In this document: positions 32,697 through 42,416 of the stretch, piece after piece
Position numbering within the stretch: the first letter of the stretch is position 1
How the letters are laid out: each line of letters begins with the position of its first letter
From: Eubacteriales bacterium
GTDB taxonomy: Bacteria > Bacillota > Clostridia > Oscillospirales > CAG-382
NCBI GenBank assembly: GCA_045580005.1
Contig: JAZNMZ010000061.1
Coordinates: 5,508-69,507 of the forward strand
Length of the DNA: 64,000 bases
Reading direction: 5' to 3'
Made by a program: the position numbers and the translations under genes
The notes under the pieces: model-generated
Told to the model about the DNA's origin: nothing
Databases searched by the model: none
Seen by the model: the letters and a program-made list of their open reading frames with translations, nothing else

Positions 32697-35014
32697 GCAT
32701 ATTTTCAAAGAAAAAGAAAGTTATCCCGGAGGATGCTGTTCCCGCTACTGTGGAGCAGGCAATACCCATTCAGGATATCTATGAGGATGGCATATGTCTT
32801 GTGGGCAAAGATCTTTACTCAAAGACTTTCAAGTTCTCGGATATAAACTATGAGACCGCATCAAAGGAGGATAAAGCGAGAATGTTCCTCGGTTATTCGC
32901 AGATACTCAACTCTTTTGATACGCAGGCAGACACCAAGATCACGATCAACAACCGTCGAATGAACAGACAGACTTTTGAGAAGCACAATCTTCTCGAACT
33001 TCAGGGTGACTCGCTTGACAGATACAGATCGGAGTATAATCACATTCTTACCGAGAATGTGAGCCGATCAAACGGTATCATGCAGGATAAATACCTAACG
33101 GTAACTGTTGAAAAGAGCAGTTACGAAGAAGCGAGAAGTTATTTCAACCGTATCTTCTCGGAGTTCTCATCCTTGTTTGCATCTCTTGGCTCGCATATTG
33201 AGGAAGTCGGCAGGGAAGAAAAGCTTCGCATCATCTTCGATTTCTTCCATTACGGAAGCGAGGAAGATTTTCATTATAACGCCGAGCTCTATGAACAGCG
33301 CGGCTATCACTTCAAGGATGCAATAGCTCCCGACAGCTTTGAGTTCCGTTCCGACTACTTCAAGGTTGACGGAAGATATGGTAGAGTTATGTATCTGCGT
33401 GACTATGCGAATTTCATAAAAGACAGCTTCATGGCGGAGCTTACGGACATTGACCGCGGACTCATTCTCTCGATAGATGCAAGTCCCATTACCACCGAGG
33501 AAGCCATAAGACAGAGCGAAAGCAAGCTCCTTGCCGTTGAGACGAATATTTCAAATTGGCAAAGAAAACAGAATCAGAACAACAATTTTTCCGCGGCCAT
33601 TCCCTATGATATGGAGAGGCAGAGAAAGGAGAGCCGAGAGTTCCTTAACGATCTCGTTGCTCGAGATCAGCGTATGATACCCGCGCTCATTACGATAGTT
33701 CATACCGCTGATACAAAGGAAAAGCTCGATGCAGATACAGAATCCATTCGCCAATGCGCAAGGAAGAATCTTTGCGCGCTTAATGTACTTCGTTGGCAAC
33801 AGATCGAAGGACTTAATACAGTTCTGCCTTACGGCCCGCCGAAGCTGACCATCCGCAGAACGCTTACTACCGAATCACTTGCGGTGTTTATGCCGTTCAG
33901 AGTTCAGGAGGTATGCCACAGCAACGGTGTTTACTTCGGTAATAATGCCATAAGCAAGAATATGATATTTGTTAACCGTAATGAACTCCTTAACGGCAAC
34001 TCGTTCATAACCGGCGTTTCGGGTGCAGGTAAGTCGATCATAGCAAAGCATGAGATAATAGGTATTTATCTTACCGATCCGAGTGCCGATGTTATTGTTA
34101 TCGACCCCGAGAACGAGTACGACAAGATATGTGCCGCTTTCAACGGCGAGATGATAAGGGTATCCGCAACGAGTCCGCATCACATTAATGCTATGGACAT
34201 TAACATGGACTATGCGGACGGGCAGAATCCCGTAACGCTTAAATCCGAGTTTATGCTCTCCCTCTGCGAGCAGGCGGTAGCGGGGCTCGGCCCAAAGCAG
34301 AAATCTCTGATCGACCGTTGCACCGCCAATGTTCTCAATGCTTATATGCTGAACGGATTTAAGGGTAAAGCGCCCACTCTCAAGGATTTCAATGAAATGC
34401 TTAAGGCACAGCCCGAACCCGAAGCGAAGGATATTGCTCTTTCGCTCGAGCTCTTTACAAGCGGTTCTCTCGATACATTTGCCATCGAGACAAATGTAAA
34501 TACACAAAACCGTTTTGTCTGCTACGATATTCACGACCTCGGCAAACAGCTCATGCCCATCGGTATGCTTGTAGTCCTCGATAACATCCTCAATCGCATA
34601 ACGGCAAACAAGGCAAAGGGCAGAAAGACTTATATCTTTATTGACGAGATATATCTTCTTTTCAAGCATGAATACTCTGCAAATTTTCTTTTCACTCTTT
34701 GGAAGAGAGTACGCAAGTACGGTGCTTTTATTACCGGAATCACGCAGAATGTAGAAGATCTCTTGCAGTCCCATACCGCAAGAACCATGCTCGCAAATTC
34801 CGAGCTTGTAGTGATGCTCAATCAGGCGGCAACCGACCGCGCCGAGCTTGCAGATCTTATGCGCATCTCGGATAATCAGATATCCTATATTACCGATGTC
34901 GGAGCAGGTCACGGACTTGTTAAGATCGGTGCATCACTCGTTCCGTTTGTCAACCGTATTCCTAAAGACACGAGGCTGTATGAGCTTATGACAACAAAGC
35001 CGGGTGAAGGCTGA
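32693..35014 (+). CDS. virB4: VirB4-family conjugal transfer ATPase
   Basis: 773 aa with Walker A GVSGAGKS and Walker B YIFIDEIYLL. Overlaps both neighbouring genes. Confidence 0.92.
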   Translation: MSIFSKKKKVIPEDAVPATVEQAIPIQDIYEDGICLVGKDLYSKTFKFSDINYETASKEDKARMFLGYSQILNSFDTQADTKITINNRRMNRQTFEKHNLLELQGDSLDRYRSEYNHILTENVSRSNGIMQDKYLTVTVEKSSYEEARSYFNRIFSEFSSLFASLGSHIEEVGREEKLRIIFDFFHYGSEEDFHYNAELYEQRGYHFKDAIAPDSFEFRSDYFKVDGRYGRVMYLRDYANFIKDSFMAELTDIDRGLILSIDASPITTEEAIRQSESKLLAVETNISNWQRKQNQNNNFSAAIPYDMERQRKESREFLNDLVARDQRMIPALITIVHTADTKEKLDADTESIRQCARKNLCALNVLRWQQIEGLNTVLPYGPPKLTIRRTLTTESLAVFMPFRVQEVCHSNGVYFGNNAISKNMIFVNRNELLNGNSFITGVSGAGKSIIAKHEIIGIYLTDPSADVIVIDPENEYDKICAAFNGEMIRVSATSPHHINAMDINMDYADGQNPVTLKSEFMLSLCEQAVAGLGPKQKSLIDRCTANVLNAYMLNGFKGKAPTLKDFNEMLKAQPEPEAKDIALSLELFTSGSLDTFAIETNVNTQNRFVCYDIHDLGKQLMPIGMLVVLDNILNRITANKAKGRKTYIFIDEIYLLFKHEYSANFLFTLWKRVRKYGAFITGITQNVEDLLQSHTARTMLANSELVVMLNQAATDRAELADLMRISDNQISYITDVGAGHGLVKIGASLVPFVNRIPKDTRLYELMTTKPGEG

Positions 35015-36099
35015 TGGCAGACATTAAGACAAAAGAATCATTGCACACGGTCAAGTTCTTTGACCGTGTGCAAAACCTCGCCATGAAAACGCGCGAGGGT
35101 GTTGAAGAAGCGAAGCAGGGAATAGGTGATACTGTTAATTCTTCCGATAACGACGCAAGCGATTACGGTGCAAACAGACTTCAAGAATTCGAGGGCAGTC
35201 TTGCGGTATTTACAGCTTATGCCGCTAAAGAAACCGGTGAATGGGGGCTTCGTGAAACCGAAAAGAACATTCGCCGGATAAGGAATAACCGCAAGATTAA
35301 TCATACTGCAACTCCCAAATCCGTGAAGAATCCTATTAAAACGGCGCAGAATACCAAGGAAACGGCTCGAACGGCTGAAAAGACTGCAAAAGCCTCGAAA
35401 GCTGCGGCGAAAACAGCAAAAGAAGTGGTGAAGGCCACCGCTGAGTTTATAAAGGAAGCGGGGAAAGCAATAGTAGCTACTGTAAAAGCTGCTGTTGCCG
35501 CGATCAAGGGACTCATAGCGGCTATTGCCGCAGGCGGATGGATCTCTGTTGTCATCATTGTTGTTATAGTTCTCATAGGCGGACTTGTAGCCGCCACTTG
35601 CGAGATATTCGTCCCCGATGAGAACGGCGGATATTCCGTTGTCTATATGATGAATGCCTGCGAGAGCGAATACGGCGGAAAAGAGGCTGAAATAGTGAAT
35701 ACAGTTCCCCATGATTATCTTGTCATTCACGGAGAAGAAGCCGATATGAAGGACATTATCGCGGTTTATGCCGTCAAGTCAAAAGCTACGGGAGATAAAT
35801 TGCTTGTGGCTGACGAAAAGAATCAGGAGATATTCCGAGAGGTCTTTGACTATATGTATTCCATCTCATATCATCGCTCCGAGATTATTGAGTTTGTCAA
35901 AGTTGAGAAGGTTGACGAATCGGGAAATACAAGTTATGTTATCGAAGAAGTTCCTCGCATAATTCTCACTATTGAAAGAAAGACCAAATCTGCATACAGA
36001 GCTGCAGAGCATTTTGAGTTTAAGAAGCAACAAATGCAATACCTCGATACGCTCATGGATAGCGACTTCGATGAAATGTGGACGGCGTTGGTCGATTGA
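35014..36099 (+). CDS. 5' part of a CD1108-like T4SS protein, apparently truncated before its cell-wall hydrolase domains
   Basis: 361 aa with N-terminus MADIKTKESLHTVKFFDRV, a lysine/alanine-rich segment and one TM. The ORF ends at ..FDEMWTALVD inside a perfect palindrome, exactly where base composition shifts. No hydrolase motif is present. Confidence 0.6.
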   Translation: MADIKTKESLHTVKFFDRVQNLAMKTREGVEEAKQGIGDTVNSSDNDASDYGANRLQEFEGSLAVFTAYAAKETGEWGLRETEKNIRRIRNNRKINHTATPKSVKNPIKTAQNTKETARTAEKTAKASKAAAKTAKEVVKATAEFIKEAGKAIVATVKAAVAAIKGLIAAIAAGGWISVVIIVVIVLIGGLVAATCEIFVPDENGGYSVVYMMNACESEYGGKEAEIVNTVPHDYLVIHGEEADMKDIIAVYAVKSKATGDKLLVADEKNQEIFREVFDYMYSISYHRSEIIEFVKVEKVDESGNTSYVIEEVPRIILTIERKTKSAYRAAEHFEFKKQQMQYLDTLMDSDFDEMWTALVD

Positions 36100-36109
36100 C
36101 CAACGCCGT
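36082..36109. repeat. perfect 12-bp inverted repeat with 4-nt spacer at the backbone/island junction
   Basis: ACGGCGTTGGTC gatt GACCAACGCCGT. The stop codon TGA (36097-36099) spans the spacer and right arm, and no T-tract follows. Confidence 0.85.
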
Positions 36110-36255
36110 AATACATATATAATAATTATCCTTGCTTTGTATTGACAAAGATTTTTGGTTATGATAATATCGCGGGAGCAACTACTTACATAAGCAAAGG
36201 GAATCGATGGGTTTAATCGGTCGCCTTTGACTAAAATGAAAAGGAGAATACTGCT

Positions 36256-37194
36256 ATGTATTACAAAGAGTGGCTCTGCGATTGGTTGGAGCATTACATG
36301 AAACCTACTACAAAAGACAAAACATTTACGCGTTATTGTGAGATTGTCGAAAAACATTTAACGCCAAAGCTCGGAAATTACGAAATTGACGAGATCACCC
36401 CACTCGTCGTACAGCGGCAAATTAGCGAATGGCTGTCCTGCGGCAATCTGATTACAGGTGAAGGACTTTCAGCCAATACGGTTAATTCGTTTATATCTGT
36501 AATACAAAATTCGTTGAAAACTGCGAATATGATAGGTATTGCGGATAAATATGAGATGAATAAACTAAAAAGGCCCAAAATCAAGGAAAAGCAGGTTACA
36601 TGTTTTACACTTGAGGAGCAAAGACTAATTGAGAGGGCAGCTATGGAAGATAAACGTGTAAAAATGAGAGGGATTGTCCTCTGCTTGTATACCGGGTTAA
36701 GAATTGGCGAACTGCTTGCCCTTGAATGGCAGGACATCGATTTCAATAAATGTGAGATTTCTGTTGTTAGAAGTTGCCATGATTCAAAGGATTTAACCGG
36801 AAAACGTACTAGAGTGACTGACACCCCCAAAACAGAAACCTCTAAACGAGTAATTCCACTTCCCAAACCTATATTAAAAATGCTGAAAGACATGAAAAAG
36901 AACTCTGCTTCCCGGTATGTGATAGCTGACGGAAACAAAGTTCTGTATGTTAGGTCTTACCAAAGGAGTTTTGAACTGCTATTGAAAAAGTTGAAAATAT
37001 CGCATCACGGATTTCATTCCCTTCGTCATACTTTTGCAACAAGAGCTTTGGAATGCGGTGTTGATGTAAAAACATTATCTGAAATTCTCGGTCACAAATC
37101 TTCAACTATAACACTTAACCGATATGCGCACTCTTTAATGGATCATAAAAAGGATATGATGAATAAGATTGGAAAGATGTTTATCGTTTCATGA
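36256..37194 (+). CDS. tyrosine-type site-specific recombinase/integrase
   Basis: 312 aa. Catalytic region motifs are LYTGLRIGELLAL (Arg), HSLRHTFATRAL (H-x-x-R) and LGHKSSTITLNRYAH (His and Tyr). Confidence 0.9.
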   Translation: MYYKEWLCDWLEHYMKPTTKDKTFTRYCEIVEKHLTPKLGNYEIDEITPLVVQRQISEWLSCGNLITGEGLSANTVNSFISVIQNSLKTANMIGIADKYEMNKLKRPKIKEKQVTCFTLEEQRLIERAAMEDKRVKMRGIVLCLYTGLRIGELLALEWQDIDFNKCEISVVRSCHDSKDLTGKRTRVTDTPKTETSKRVIPLPKPILKMLKDMKKNSASRYVIADGNKVLYVRSYQRSFELLLKKLKISHHGFHSLRHTFATRALECGVDVKTLSEILGHKSSTITLNRYAHSLMDHKKDMMNKIGKMFIVS

Positions 37195-37310
37195 TATGAG
37201 CATCTGTTTCTATAATAGGTGGCGTTATTAGTAGTTATTATAGCAGAAAAGAAATGGATTGTCAATATTTAAGAGATATAATTGTACTTAATCTTGTGCA
37301 TTTCAAGTAA

Positions 37311-37389
37311 TTAGGTGCGCAATTGCTATGATTTGTGCACCTATTATAGAAATAGGTGTACAAAAACTTATAAAGAAAATACACCTAAT
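37311..37389. promoter_or_regulatory. four alternating-orientation copies of TAGGTG(C/T)(G/A)CA (candidate recombinase or repressor binding sites)
   Basis: TTAGGTGCGCA at 37311-37321 (+), GTGCACCTATT at 37335-37345 (-), ATAGGTGTACA at 37352-37362 (+) and TACACCTAAT at 37380-37389 (-). The inner pair forms an inverted repeat with a 7-nt spacer. Confidence 0.5.
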
Positions 37390-37431
37390 GGGTGGATAAA
37401 ACTATATGATGATCTATAATAAGGAGCCGTA

Positions 37432-37812
37432 ATGTTAATTCGATACGATTATTCCAATAATGATGAATGCAAGCCCGATACGACCGAAGTCAACGATTTG
37501 CCTGAATTAGAGAAAATTGCTAATAAGAATGACAAACAGAATTATGATCTTAATAAGTTGGGGATTTTAAAAGAATTACATTTAATTATTAACACAATAG
37601 CAGAGCAAAACTGTGATTTCTATGACTATGGATTCGATGAAATAAAAAGAGTGGGATACTTAAAGTATTACATCAGAAAAAGCGGTTATTTGGTCTCCAA
37701 GGATACGGGCGTAATTCAGCTATTGGAAATATTGCAAAAAGCTGATGTAATCAAAATTGAAACCATAGAGCACTATATCGCACTTTCCTTTTATGTTGTA
37801 GTAACAGAATAG
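37432..37812 (+). CDS. hypothetical protein
   Basis: 126-aa ORF with RBS AAGGAG upstream. No motif recognised. Confidence 0.5.
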   Translation: MLIRYDYSNNDECKPDTTEVNDLPELEKIANKNDKQNYDLNKLGILKELHLIINTIAEQNCDFYDYGFDEIKRVGYLKYYIRKSGYLVSKDTGVIQLLEILQKADVIKIETIEHYIALSFYVVVTE

Positions 37813-38323
37813 GAATGCGAATCATCTTTGTATTGTATTAAGTGACGAATAATCAATTTAGTGTTGTTATATTATACTGCCATAATATAGCAAACTAGGA
37901 TGTATTAAAGGGATTTACATAGAAATATGATAGATCCCTTTTTTCTATTGAGATAGCTTATGCGTTTTAATGAGAACAAAAAACGAAAAAATAAAATTTG
38001 CATATTATTGGAGAGTTTTTCATAATTAATTTGTTATATAGGTTGTAAGCCACCAATGTCATTGTGACAATGGTGGGCTTTTTTGTCAGATTAATTTACA
38101 AAATACAGCGATAGAAGTATTAAGGATAGCGATAATCAAATCACTTGTGTTATGGTGTGTTTGATGGATTTTGGAATAACATATATGCATTGTTATATTA
38201 TATGTTAATTTTGGATTTAGATCTTTAAGTATCTATTGAGAAAGGAATTCATTATTAACAATTCTTATTTGAATCTTGATGTAGTATATCGTAATTGTTT
38301 TAAAGAAGTGGAGGTCGAGAAAT

Positions 38324-38680
38324 ATAGGCCCTGCTGAAAGAAGACATAAGATTTTGGTATTGCTATGCAGACGTAGGCATGAGAAGATAAATGTTTTAGC
38401 AGCAGAGTTTAATGTTTCTCCAAGGACAATTGAACGCGATATTGCGATCTTAAGTCTCGATGAACCGATTTATACTCAATGTGGTAAATATGACGGAGGC
38501 GTATATATTGATGAATGCTTTACATTAAATCGCGTTTACATGACAGATATGGAGATAGAAGTACTTGAGAAGCTATATGACCAAGCTGTTAATTCACAAG
38601 TGCTACTAACAAGTGTTGAACAAAACACTTTGTATACTATTATCAGCGAGTATAGTAAGCCCAAAATAAATAAAATGTAA
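38324..38680 (+). CDS. HTH (DeoR/HTH_11-like) regulator, paralog 1, with ATA in place of the start codon
   Basis: Homology to paralog 2 (GPAERR..L..LCR.R.EK..VLA.E..VS.RTI.RDI..LS..EPIYTQCGKYDGGVY) begins at 38327. GGAGGT plus 8 nt precedes ATA at 38324, where paralog 2 has ATG. The first conventional in-frame start is TTG 38354. Confidence 0.55.
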   Translation: MGPAERRHKILVLLCRRRHEKINVLAAEFNVSPRTIERDIAILSLDEPIYTQCGKYDGGVYIDECFTLNRVYMTDMEIEVLEKLYDQAVNSQVLLTSVEQNTLYTIISEYSKPKINKM

Positions 38681-38842
38681 TCGTATGTATGTAACGATAT
38701 TTGCATAGTGGATATCGATCAAAAATTTAATATCTTAAATAGCTCCATATTAGAACTCGGATATGGAGGTGAGTTGTATTATAACATACAGTACATGGAG
38801 ATGTTTATGATATTGAATATAAAATAAAAAAAGGGGGACAAC

Positions 38843-40099
38843 ATGAGTAAAACATGTGAAACCAAAATTAAAGTAGAATTGTCTGCTTTAATTTTAATAA
38901 TACTGTTGATCTTATTATTAGTTTGCGGTTGTGATGATATCGGAAATTATGAAGCTGAAAATCCGACAAACAGCATAGACAATAATATGGATTATATGCA
39001 AGAAAGTGTTGACGCGCAAGGAGATATAACGCAAAATGTGATCTTTCCTCAAGAAACAAATGTTGCATCAACAAATGAAATCACAATCATTGATGATACA
39101 TCTGAAGGATGTGTTATAGTTGGCGTAAAATCAATGGTGTGTGTTTACGAAGATGATTCAAGGTATACCATTAATACTGCTCTGCTCGCGGGAGTTACAT
39201 TGTCTGGAGGGTGTGAATATGATGTCAAAGTTAAAATATCTGAATTAAGCAGTATAACGTCATTAAAGCCCGGATACTATGACTTGATTTATTATTGCGA
39301 GGATGAAACAATAAATCCTGTTTTAACAAAATTGCTGGTGAAACCTGCCGATAAGACTCCGCCCGTGATAAGCGGTACTGTGGATAAAATAGTCGTTATA
39401 GGAGATAGCGTTTCTTATCGGAAGGGTGTAGAGGTTACAGATAATGACGATGAAAATGTAAAGTTGATCGTAGATGCATCTCATGTCAATCTGACGAGGA
39501 TCGGGACATATACGGTTTCGTATTCCGCAACGGACAAGCGTGGTAATACCTCGAGTTTATCAATTAAAGTTACAGTTATTAATAGACCTGACAATTATAT
39601 CGGCAATAATGAGGTTTGTACCGAAGAAGAATTTCAAAAGCTGTGTAATGATATTTTAAAAGAAATAATATTTGATGGTATGACAGATTACGATAAAGCT
39701 GCGGCAATATATGACAGAGTTCATTCAATAAAATATGTAAGTACTACTGTGGGGGATGATAATTGGGTTACTGCCGCATATATCGGGCTTACTACAGGAC
39801 GCGGTGATTGTCAAAACTATGCAGCAGCGTCAAAGGCTCTTCTGTCTATGGCCGAAATCCCTAATTATGATATGGAGCGAGAGGGAGGAAAGTCAAAGCA
39901 CTTTTGGAATATCGTATATGTGAATGATGGGTGGTATCATTTTGATGCCTGTCCGACATTACCTCAGTATCCGATGAAAATATTTCTTCTTACAGATGAT
40001 GAGGCAATTGCTTATTCTAAAAGTTGTTTGGGCATACCCAATTATCTTATATATGATTACGAGGCTTGTCCATATGAAGTAGTTAAATCGCGAGATTAA
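38843..40099 (+). CDS. lipoprotein with Ig-like (DUF5011-type) and transglutaminase-like cysteine protease domains
   Basis: 418 aa with signal/lipobox LLVCGC. The Ig-like segment is DKTPPVISG..VTDNDDENVKLIV..GTYTVSYSATDKRGNTS. The transglutaminase core is GRGDCQNYAAA...HFWNIVYVNDGWYHFDA (Cys-His-Asp). Confidence 0.75.
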   Translation: MSKTCETKIKVELSALILIILLILLLVCGCDDIGNYEAENPTNSIDNNMDYMQESVDAQGDITQNVIFPQETNVASTNEITIIDDTSEGCVIVGVKSMVCVYEDDSRYTINTALLAGVTLSGGCEYDVKVKISELSSITSLKPGYYDLIYYCEDETINPVLTKLLVKPADKTPPVISGTVDKIVVIGDSVSYRKGVEVTDNDDENVKLIVDASHVNLTRIGTYTVSYSATDKRGNTSSLSIKVTVINRPDNYIGNNEVCTEEEFQKLCNDILKEIIFDGMTDYDKAAAIYDRVHSIKYVSTTVGDDNWVTAAYIGLTTGRGDCQNYAAASKALLSMAEIPNYDMEREGGKSKHFWNIVYVNDGWYHFDACPTLPQYPMKIFLLTDDEAIAYSKSCLGIPNYLIYDYEACPYEVVKSRD

Positions 40100-40111
40100 A
40101 GGAGATTAAAA

Positions 40112-40687
40112 ATGAAAAATTTATTAATTGCTATCATACTATTTGTCATATTATCAACATTGGTTTCTTGCTTGAGTTCGGAGAATTCAGAGATTTCAAG
40201 CGACATGATAAATACCGCTTATCAAATGGATAAAGTGGAAACTTCAAGTACCAAAGAGAGTAAATACTTGTTTAGCGTTGCAAGTGCTGACGGCTTTGTC
40301 ATATCGGTTAATATGGATATAAGAGATGTCTTAAGTCAATTGGGCGAACCTCTCAAGTATGTAGAATCCCCTTCATGCGCTTATATAGGTTTTGATAAAA
40401 CCTACACATATAGTGGCTTTGCTATTACTACACGGCCAGAAGGCGAAAATGATTATATAAATCTAATTATTCTAACCGATGATAGTGTTACAACTCCGGA
40501 AGGAATATTTATCGGAGATGATGCAAATAATATTAAAGCAGTATATGGAGTGCCTGTCAAGGAAAATGATAATCTAATAAGCTATAAGGATGGATATACT
40601 TTGCTTAATTTTGTTTTAAAAAGTGGAGAAGTAATCTCGATTGAATATTTATCTTTAGACGAGAGCGATGATATTATTGAAAACTGA
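40112..40687 (+). CDS. lipoprotein of unknown function
   Basis: 191 aa with signal peptide and lipobox LVSC. Confidence 0.6.
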   Translation: MKNLLIAIILFVILSTLVSCLSSENSEISSDMINTAYQMDKVETSSTKESKYLFSVASADGFVISVNMDIRDVLSQLGEPLKYVESPSCAYIGFDKTYTYSGFAITTRPEGENDYINLIILTDDSVTTPEGIFIGDDANNIKAVYGVPVKENDNLISYKDGYTLLNFVLKSGEVISIEYLSLDESDDIIEN

Positions 40688-40776
40688 AACTACAGAAACT
40701 ATATGATTATCTTTACTCTTAAATTATATTTTATTGGCATAATTAGCCGATTAAAGAAGCAGTAAATTACATGACG

Positions 40777-40822
40777 AAAATCCGCATCAAATGAAGTAGC
40801 GTTTGATGCGGATTTTGTTTTG
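40777..40822 (+). terminator. strong rho-independent terminator
   Basis: 15-bp stem AAAATCCGCATCAAA / TTTGATGCGGATTTT followed by GTTTTG. Confidence 0.85.
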
Positions 40823-40944
40823 AAACGAACCATTAAAACGATTTCAGATAAAATAATTTGCTCAAAGCACAAAACAGTTTTTAACTATGACATTACTTGT
40901 CATGGTTAAAATGTAGAATGGTGTCGAAATGGAGGTGCACCATT

Positions 40945-41337
40945 ATGGGACCGGCTGAGAGACGAAATGAAATAATGAGGATACTATGTCGTCAAAGATA
41001 TGAAAAGATGAGTGTGTTGGCAGAGGAATTGGGGGTATCAGTACGAACCATTGGAAGAGATATTTCAGCGTTAAGTATTAGTGAGCCGATCTATACGCAG
41101 TGTGGAAAATACGATGGCGGCGTGTATGTTGTAGACAGTTATTCTCTGAATCGTATTTATATGAAGGACAATGAAATAGAAGTTCTATGTAAAATACATA
41201 GGTGGGTGCTGATAACAAAAGGGGTACTAGATGATTCGGAAATCAATATTTTGAAATCTATTATTGATGAGTACAGGAAACCTCAAGGGGGAAATGTTAG
41301 CCATAAAGATAGTAAACCAGATAAAGTGAGCATATGA
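40945..41337 (+). CDS. HTH (DeoR/HTH_11-like) regulator, paralog 2
   Basis: ATG at 40945 lies 8 nt after GGAGGT. MGPAERRNEIMRILCRQRYEKMSVLAEELGVSVRTIGRDISALS... Confidence 0.7.
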   Translation: MGPAERRNEIMRILCRQRYEKMSVLAEELGVSVRTIGRDISALSISEPIYTQCGKYDGGVYVVDSYSLNRIYMKDNEIEVLCKIHRWVLITKGVLDDSEINILKSIIDEYRKPQGGNVSHKDSKPDKVSI

Positions 41338-41365
41338 AATATATTTGGACAGAGAGGATTTGAAG

Positions 41366-41659
41366 ATGGATTTTGAAAGTTTCATTAAGCCGGAATTACT
41401 TATTCTTGTTCCGGTGTTATATATTATTGGAATAGGATTAAAAAAGAGTAAAATATCAAATAGAGTAATTCCTATTACATTGGGAATTGTTGCGGTAATT
41501 TTATCTGCTTTTTGGGTAATAGCCGATTCGGATATTTACAGTTACAAGGATGTTGCTAATGCAATTTTTGTATCTTTTACTCAGGGGATGCTTTGTGCAG
41601 GAGCATCTGTATATGTGAATCAATTGATCGTTCAGGCAAAAAAGGATGAGCGAGATTGA
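41366..41659 (+). CDS. phage-type holin
   Basis: 97 aa from ATG 41366 (RBS GAGAGGA). Two or three TM helices and a charged C-terminus (QAKKDERD). Similar to holins of Firmicutes phages (..LLILVPVLYIIGIGLKKS...GMLCAGASVYVNQLI.Q). Confidence 0.6.
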   Translation: MDFESFIKPELLILVPVLYIIGIGLKKSKISNRVIPITLGIVAVILSAFWVIADSDIYSYKDVANAIFVSFTQGMLCAGASVYVNQLIVQAKKDERD

Positions 41660-41764
41660 AAATGGCATGTAATATTCAAATATTTTAATTGCAAAAAACA
41701 TTTCAACTATGACAGAAGTTGTCGTATTAGCAGTTTACAATAATAGCATAGCCAAGCAAAAGAG

Positions 41765-42064
41765 GTGATAATTTTGAAAGAAACGAAAATAGTTTTAGTT
41801 AAACATGAGCAGAGATTGAAATCACTCGAGAAAGATCTATCCGCTTTGATGGCGGTACAAACTGAAATACATGCTATGAATGAGAGCCTTGTGACATTAG
41901 CCACGGAAATTAAACATACAAACGAGCATTTGTCTAGACATGAGCAAAAAATTGCTGAATTAGACTCTAAACCTAAAATGCGAATGGACCAATTGGTGAC
42001 TGCAATAATAGCAGCTTTGGCAGGAGGCATAATTTCTGTGATTTTAGGATTGATTTTTAAATAA
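41765..42064 (+). CDS. xhlA: XhlA-like (hemolysin XhlA family) lysis accessory protein
   Basis: About 96-99 aa with an N-terminal coiled coil and a single C-terminal TM (LVTAIIAALAGGIISVILGLIF), as in PBSX XhlA. The start may be TTG 41774. Confidence 0.55.
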   Translation: MIILKETKIVLVKHEQRLKSLEKDLSALMAVQTEIHAMNESLVTLATEIKHTNEHLSRHEQKIAELDSKPKMRMDQLVTAIIAALAGGIISVILGLIFK

Positions 42065-42416
42065 TTCTTATGTCAAGGTGAATACTTTCGCGTAAACCAA
42101 TAAAGAAGATGTATTCTTTTATTTATTTAGCAACAAAGTGATTCTTAATATACAATGCAGATGAATTGTGAAATAAGCTTGGCTATATTTTAATACTTAT
42201 GACCGAGGCACTTCTTGCCTGGTTTGATTAATATAATAAAATCACAGCTGTGAATGATTGGGACGCCAATCAAGATAAGTAATGTACATAGTAGGAGGAT
42301 TGTAAACGATGTAGTACCAAACAACATGAGCTAAGAAATAAGAATAATTACGTCTGATTACGCAACAGAATTATACGCAGAAAAAATGACTTGTAAAATT
42401 AAAAGGAGAAAATATC

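Noticed and set aside
33875-34912. 345-aa antisense ORF inside virB4.
   Set aside because: Same reasoning: the sense strand carries Walker A and B motifs and family-typical sequence, and the antisense translation is compositionally implausible.
35038-35730. 230-aa antisense ORF opposite the CD1108-like gene.
   Set aside because: It arises from the Lys/Ala-rich, low-complexity sense region, and has no start context or motifs.
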